A stretch of DNA of 64,000 bases from a virus (lineage: Duplodnaviria; Caudoviricetes), in the IMG/VR virus record IMGVR_UViG_2884366220_000001, positions 8,305 through 72,304 of that record. One strand, 5' to 3'. Below the pieces are notes generated by a model. That model was given only the letters and a program-made list of their open reading frames with translations. It had not been told where the DNA came from and searched no databases. The translations under genes were made by a program, and so were the position numbers. Positions 58,625 to 64,000 of this stretch are shown here, piece by piece (the first letter of the stretch is position 1; every line of letters starts with the position of its first letter).

Positions 58625-59002
58625 GACTTTCCACTCGACTCAATGAGCACAAACCGACCCCGCGCCCCGTAATGACATAAAGTATTGAAAATCAACTAAT
58701 TAAATCATTCTCAATTTTTTGCACCCAAAATTTGAGTTAAACTATTGAAAATGAGCACTTTGTAGAAAAACACCCCCCGTTTTTGGGCATTTTTTTCTTT
58801 ATCGACCCCGCCCTTTACCGGTTTTGGGACTTTCCACTTTTTCCGTTTCCGAATATATGAAAACGAGTTTTGAGTTGTTGGTCGATTCCGTCCACAAATA
58901 TTGTGGGCAGTTCGCTAACACAAATGGGCCTTCACTCCCCACTGTAGCCAATCCGCTTAGCCACCACGTAAGCACTTTCCACTTTCCAATCAATAGCAAC
59001 CA

Positions 59003-60106
59003 ATGAAACTACTAATCCTGAGTACCGGCACCCCGTCGAAATACCTAACACAAGCTATTACCGACGCCGGACACACCTATGAGACTCATGACCCCCGTAA
59101 CCTGTATCTGTTCATCTCCGAGCAGGTCAATGGCTATGATCGGATCTTCAATGGCTCACCGGAGCTGGAAAGTCCGGTACGGCTATTTGCAGCTTCGTTC
59201 GATGCGGTGATTAGCCGGATCGGTGCTGAACTACCGCTGTGTGTGTCGATCCTGCGCCACCTAAATGAAAACTTGACTGTATACAGTCCGCAAACCGCTA
59301 TCGGCCTGTTAGTGGCACACGACAAGCTGTGGACAAGCCAAGTGCTGAGCGCGGCCAACGTACGTACTCCGCTGACCGTATTTGCTATGCGGGCTAACCA
59401 TGTCGCCTTCGCCATTGATAAGGCGGGTGGGCTACCCGTAGTGGCTAAGCAGCTTACCGGCTCCCAGGGTAGTGGTGTATCAATCTTGGAGACGCCATTG
59501 GCAGCTAACACGACAATGGAAAGCTTTCATCGGGCAAACATTCCGGTTAAGCTACAACGCTTCGTTAAAGCACATGATAGCAGTAGTGGCAAGCCGACCG
59601 ATATCCGGGCCATTGTGATAGGTGATGAAGTAGTATCAGCAATGGAACGAACAGCCAGCCAGGGGGACTTTAGAGCCAATTTATCAAAAGGAGGTAATGG
59701 ACGTTCCATCAACTTGAGCGGTGTCGAGACTGAAATGTGCATCAAGGCCGCTAAGGCGGTCGGACTGGAGTTTGCTGGAGTGGACCTAATCCGGGAAAAG
59801 ATGGGCCAGACTTATGTAACAGAGGTGAATGGTAATCCCGGAACTGGAATCATTGACATAACCAAGAAGAATCACTTCATTGATTTGGTAAAATATATTC
59901 AAACCAAGTGTAAAGAGTCAGACACCCTTACAGCTCCAGTGCCACTACCAGATGATGATAAGGAAGACAAACAGCAGCAGGAAAACGAGGAAGAAGCTTC
60001 AATAGCCAGATACCAATTGCTATTGGCAAAAGAACAGCGAGGCAGCTTAGATTACAATGAGAATGCAATACTATCCTTCTTCAAAAGGCGGTTCGGTAAA
60101 GTTTAA
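59003..60106 (+). CDS. rimK: RimK-family ATP-grasp alpha-L-glutamate ligase
   Basis: DAVISRIG, DKL, GSQGSGV, DIR, DFRANL, GLEFAGVDLI and EVNGNPG motifs; extra acidic C-terminal extension. Confidence 0.85.
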   Translation: MKLLILSTGTPSKYLTQAITDAGHTYETHDPRNLYLFISEQVNGYDRIFNGSPELESPVRLFAASFDAVISRIGAELPLCVSILRHLNENLTVYSPQTAIGLLVAHDKLWTSQVLSAANVRTPLTVFAMRANHVAFAIDKAGGLPVVAKQLTGSQGSGVSILETPLAANTTMESFHRANIPVKLQRFVKAHDSSSGKPTDIRAIVIGDEVVSAMERTASQGDFRANLSKGGNGRSINLSGVETEMCIKAAKAVGLEFAGVDLIREKMGQTYVTEVNGNPGTGIIDITKKNHFIDLVKYIQTKCKESDTLTAPVPLPDDDKEDKQQQENEEEASIARYQLLLAKEQRGSLDYNENAILSFFKRRFGKV

Positions 60107-60535
60107 CTGCATCAAAGCGAATTGCGTAATATTTAATGTAAGCTAACAAGTTCAAAAAAATAGACGGAACGAAAGCGTCAATGCACACTAATTGCACCAT
60201 TATTTATGAATAGTACGCTTAATCTGATATTAAGTAACTGACAGTCAGTTACTTAATATTGTCTATACCAATATAGCAAAAGTATATTATATATAATGTA
60301 ATTTTGCTATATTTGTATAGACGAGAGTGTTGGAATCAAAAGCTTACAATTGTGATTTTCGATGTGTTACTTCTCAAACTAGCGGCTTGGATACTACGTG
60401 AAAGAAACGTAGCGAGATGTAAAGACATTAGTAGGAAAGATAATAATGACCTATATGCTATGGCAGAACGTATTGACTCAATCGTCAAGCGCATGAAAGG
60501 CCACTATCAAAGTATAAGATAAGCAGATGAACTAT

Positions 60536-62604
60536 TCATCGTTCAAAAGGTACTATAGCCTTATAACCGAGTTTTATAATATGACAGTTTAAACCGCTGG
60601 TTGCGCTTCTAAAAACGCTCTCTTCGTTATGGAAAGACGCTGCCACAATGGACTGACAATTTTTAAAAGAGGCAAGTTCTATAAGCAGGTTACGAAGACT
60701 CTGATCTGACATTGAGTGCTGCTCTGGTTCGTCCATAACAATTAATCCAGGGTGATTGCCATTATATAAGTCAGATACTTTAAAGAGAGTACAAGTATAT
60801 GCCCATATACTTCTTACAAAATCGCTAGCTGAACTGTCGTATCTTATATCGTAACTTTTTTTGTTTCTACTGTCTAACTCTTTTCTCAAAGCTAATCCTT
60901 CTACTGAAGGCTGGTATTTATCAAATGAAATCTTTATTGAGTTAGGATCTTTACTACTGTAATTAAATTTATTTAAATATAATCTAAAGTAACTTTCCAT
61001 GTCACTATGTTTTCGAGCATCAAGATGCGATAACATAGCCTTTGGTAAACGAGCTTCATCATTAAGAATAGATGTGAACTCATCAACTAAAAAAACTATT
61101 TCATCTTTTAAGCTATCAAACTTTTTGCTAAATTTTACATAAAAATCTAGTCTTTGTCTTGATATTATTTTTCTCTCAATATCAGCTTCAGAAGGTAATC
61201 TATCGTCAGACATTAATGTCTTTTTGATTCCTCTTAGTTCACTTCTTTGGTTACGTAATGTAGTGGATAGAACTGCTATATTAGTAGTATTACGATCAAT
61301 ATTTTGTTGTGCCGTGTCTATATATATTTCAATCATTTTTTGCTGAGCTTTGAGGAAATCTAAATTTTCGTCAGCAGTCATTACTCTCTGATTTATATTC
61401 TGTGGTAATAGAGATCCATTAATGTGTTGATGACACGTAGGACACGAATCTAAGGATACTGAAAGATCAAGAGTACTACCAAGTTTTTGTAATTTGATTT
61501 CGGCTTTATAACTCTCAACGTCTTTTTTAGTATCTTCTAACTGACTTTTTAAGTAACGAACTTTCTCAATATCTTGAGAGGTTTCCTGTGTTAATTTTCC
61601 ATATAAAATACTGCCGTCGGATATTGTTTCCTCTAATTCTAATAACTTCTTTTCGAAATCATTGGATCTGTCTTGCACTTTCGGGATGGCCTTATTCTCT
61701 AATGCATTGTATTCTTCTCCGAGAAGTTTTAAATATTCGTCAATAGATAAAACTCTATTCTGATGATTAATTGTAAATCTAATTAAATTGAAATCTTCTA
61801 TCTTTTCTGGTTTTTCAGGGTAGCCTCTTAAAATGCAATTTCCACTATTGGCGAGTTCCTTTAATCTAATCTTTAAAGTGTCCCATTTATGCTGTAATTG
61901 CTGCTTTGCTTGTTTTAATTCTTGTTTTTTTATATCATTCTCAATAATATCCATGTTCAACAAAAATTCTGCTACTTTACTTTCGACACTCCTTAAGCCA
62001 AAGTAAGGGATCGTAGCTAGAAAGTCGGACCAGCCTGATTTTTGTTCTATAAAAAAGGCTGGGAATACCGTCTGAATATATAGTTTAGCCTCATTGCCTT
62101 GTGCATTATTAATAGAAGGAAGATGCCACCCTAAAAAGTTTTCTAAGTATGCATGAAAACCGTGTTGCTTGTCCTGTGCTGCATTAGCGTCGAATAGATA
62201 GTAGTTCTTCAAAGACATACTTGACCTATCTTCTTCGGAACCAGTTAGATATGCCCCATCGAATACGTCGACAAGTTTATAATCTCTATAAGTGCTTTGC
62301 ACACTACGCTTAGTGGTTATCGTTCGATAATTTTCAATTTCTAGATATACGTAGCTCTCGGTAACTTGATGATAACTCTCCCCATCTTCTACAATATCTT
62401 TCAAAACGGACTGCATAGTTTTTGTGCCTTGCCCCCCAAAAGCTCCTCCATGCCTAATCCATGGAGTATTGCTTGAACACATGTACTCTTTCCTGATGTA
62501 TTGTTCCCGTATATAATATTTAAGCCGTCCCCAAATACTATATCTCTGCCGTATTTTCCGTCTACGGTGAAAACTTCAATTCTTAAAGCTTTTATTTTAA
62601 GCAT
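60536..62604 (-). CDS. lmuB: Lamassu LmuB-like SMC/ABC ATPase, split by 1-nt deletion in C-run 62432-62437
   Basis: Walker A GNNTSGKST; FFIEQKSGW; CPTC hook; SSASD signature; Walker B MDEPEQH. Confidence 0.8.
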
Positions 62605-63067
62605 CTTTCTGAGCCCAAGTGGCTATCTTTTTTAGTTTATCATCTGAAATGCCCTTTCCAATAGCAATTAAAAAGGCTTTCTCAGATGGTAAAATTTGTG
62701 GATCATTCTGAATTAATTTCAAAAATTGTTCTCCTTTCTCCGCTATGGAATAACTAGCCTTTTCTATGGTTATTAATCCTTCGGAAGTGGCGTACTCCAG
62801 AGCTCGAGTTAGAGCAGGTTCTAGTCCCCAAAACTCTATATAACTTGAGAATCTTGATGTGATTAAATCTCTAACTCTAGACTGATTTTGTGGATTCCTT
62901 AATGCCCATACAAAGAAATGTATCTTTAAAGGGGAAGCTTTAGATCCTCTAGAGTTGAGTTTTAATATTAATAATATTAAAACTATTTTAGAGTGTATCC
63001 TATAATTTATAGATACAGCTAAAGGTCGTTGCTTAAATGTTATTTTTTTTGTTTCGACTATTTCCAT
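62597..63067 (-). CDS. lmuC: Lamassu LmuC-like middle component
   Basis: 156 aa between effector and ATPase; EPALTRALEYA winged-helix-like segment. Confidence 0.7.
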   Translation of the reverse strand: MEIVETKKITFKQRPLAVSINYRIHSKIVLILLILKLNSRGSKASPLKIHFFVWALRNPQNQSRVRDLITSRFSSYIEFWGLEPALTRALEYATSEGLITIEKASYSIAEKGEQFLKLIQNDPQILPSEKAFLIAIGKGISDDKLKKIATWAQKDA

Positions 63068-63070
63068 CTT

Positions 63071-64000
63071 CTATTCAAAATCAATGTGACACTCCAACAT
63101 CCATTTGCTTACAACTTGATCAGATATTGTATTGATCATTGTTTTACTTAGTTCTGGAAATTCTTGCTCAAGCACTACTTTAAGATCATTATTTATATCT
63201 CTATATAGTATGTTTGGGTTTTCATCACTTATCATGCATTTTGTTGCTACGCTATGTTCAAAAGAACTAATTAGTCGAACGAAGCTTTCGTATTTTTCCG
63301 GCAGTCTAGTTTCCCATTGCCTGAGAATATCACTTCCCAGTAAATAGTTTTTTACGCAATGATTTGTTAAAGATTCAATTTTAATTTCCCTATTCGGCTT
63401 ATTAGGAGGCAATACGGAACCATATTTTCTGATTGCGTTTTGGGTGTATGAAATTTCAGCATCTTTCCAATCAGATATATATTCACTAGTAATATCTATG
63501 CTCTCTTTTATATCTAACTTGAATTGAAGATGTTTTAAAGCAATCGGAATTTGAGCTGCATAGTCATCTAACTCATGCACATGAACGAAGAAATCATCAT
63601 GTAAGATGCTTAACTTTTTATCTCTATATTCAGTTGCTTTTTTATTGCAGTATGCATGAATGTCTTTGTTTCTATACTCTGGCGTTATTAAGATCCAGTC
63701 TTTGATTTTATTGTCCATCAAATGTGATTTTAGATCATGCTCATTTTTTACCAGTTTTGATAAGTCCTTATTGATTTTATCTTTCTGTTTGTCAGTTAAA
63801 TCTGCTGTTGTAGTATCATCGTCAGGACAATAGCACTGAAATACCCTGCCGGACAAGGTATATCCTTCTATTCCAAGATCGCCATGAACTGTAGCGTCCA
63901 TTCTGCGATATCTTTCATCTGCATATTTATGCTTAAGACAAATTTGAATTAAGCTTTCCCAAGAATTACCATCATAGGGACCAATACTTGTTTGAAACAT
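63071..64000 (-). CDS. lmuA: Lamassu LmuA-like effector (restriction-endonuclease fold plus CTD)
   Basis: GDLGIEG...VFQCYCP PD-(D/E)xK-like motif; C-terminal WMLECHIDF. Confidence 0.7.
   Translation of the reverse strand: MFQTSIGPYDGNSWESLIQICLKHKYADERYRRMDATVHGDLGIEGYTLSGRVFQCYCPDDDTTTADLTDKQKDKINKDLSKLVKNEHDLKSHLMDNKIKDWILITPEYRNKDIHAYCNKKATEYRDKKLSILHDDFFVHVHELDDYAAQIPIALKHLQFKLDIKESIDITSEYISDWKDAEISYTQNAIRKYGSVLPPNKPNREIKIESLTNHCVKNYLLGSDILRQWETRLPEKYESFVRLISSFEHSVATKCMISDENPNILYRDINNDLKVVLEQEFPELSKTMINTISDQVVSKWMLECHIDFE

Larger units (their letters stand above)
53351..64000. mobile_element. Second integrative element, satellite/PICI-like (right end outside window)
   Basis: Divergent HTH pair, integrase, VapE helicase, iteron origin, primase, cargo; no capsid or relaxase gene visible. 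Confidence 0.75.

Noticed and set aside
60304-60522. 72-aa ORF between rimK and lmuB
   Set aside because: TTG start, AT-rich, no motif; cannot be supported

Overview
This window holds two adjacent mobile elements from a Bacteroidetes genome. A Cytophagales (Spirosoma/Fibrella-like) host is inferred from TAnnTTTG promoters, Gln(+1) signal peptides and multi-PAS kinases. (1) Positions <1 to ~53363 are the late and right-hand part of a temperate siphovirus-like prophage. It encodes an S49 protease with a nested scaffold, capsid, tail tube, terminase, portal, lysis genes, a long tail-fibre region and a tape measure protein. These are followed by a cargo region (two PAS histidine kinases, a receiver, an RHH/KilA-N pair, a resolvase, a KAP NTPase), a tyrosine integrase and an att-like tRNA-Ala/tmRNA 3' fragment. 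(2) Positions ~53351 to >64000 are a second integrative, satellite-like element with HTH regulators, integrase, VapE helicase, an iteron origin, primase, a RimK-like ligase and a three-gene Lamassu-type defence system. Three features stand out. First, a six-copy late promoter (GTCATCACGCCYGTCACG-N21-SAnnTTYG) apparently drives leaderless mRNAs. Second, a direct-repeat-flanked cassette encodes four tail-fibre-like proteins that all carry Sec signal peptides. Third, an ArdC/RadC module bounded by identical 17-bp sites lies just after a putative packaging site. Four single-G deletions in G-runs are probably sequencing errors. All protein calls come from motif recognition by eye; no database searches were run.
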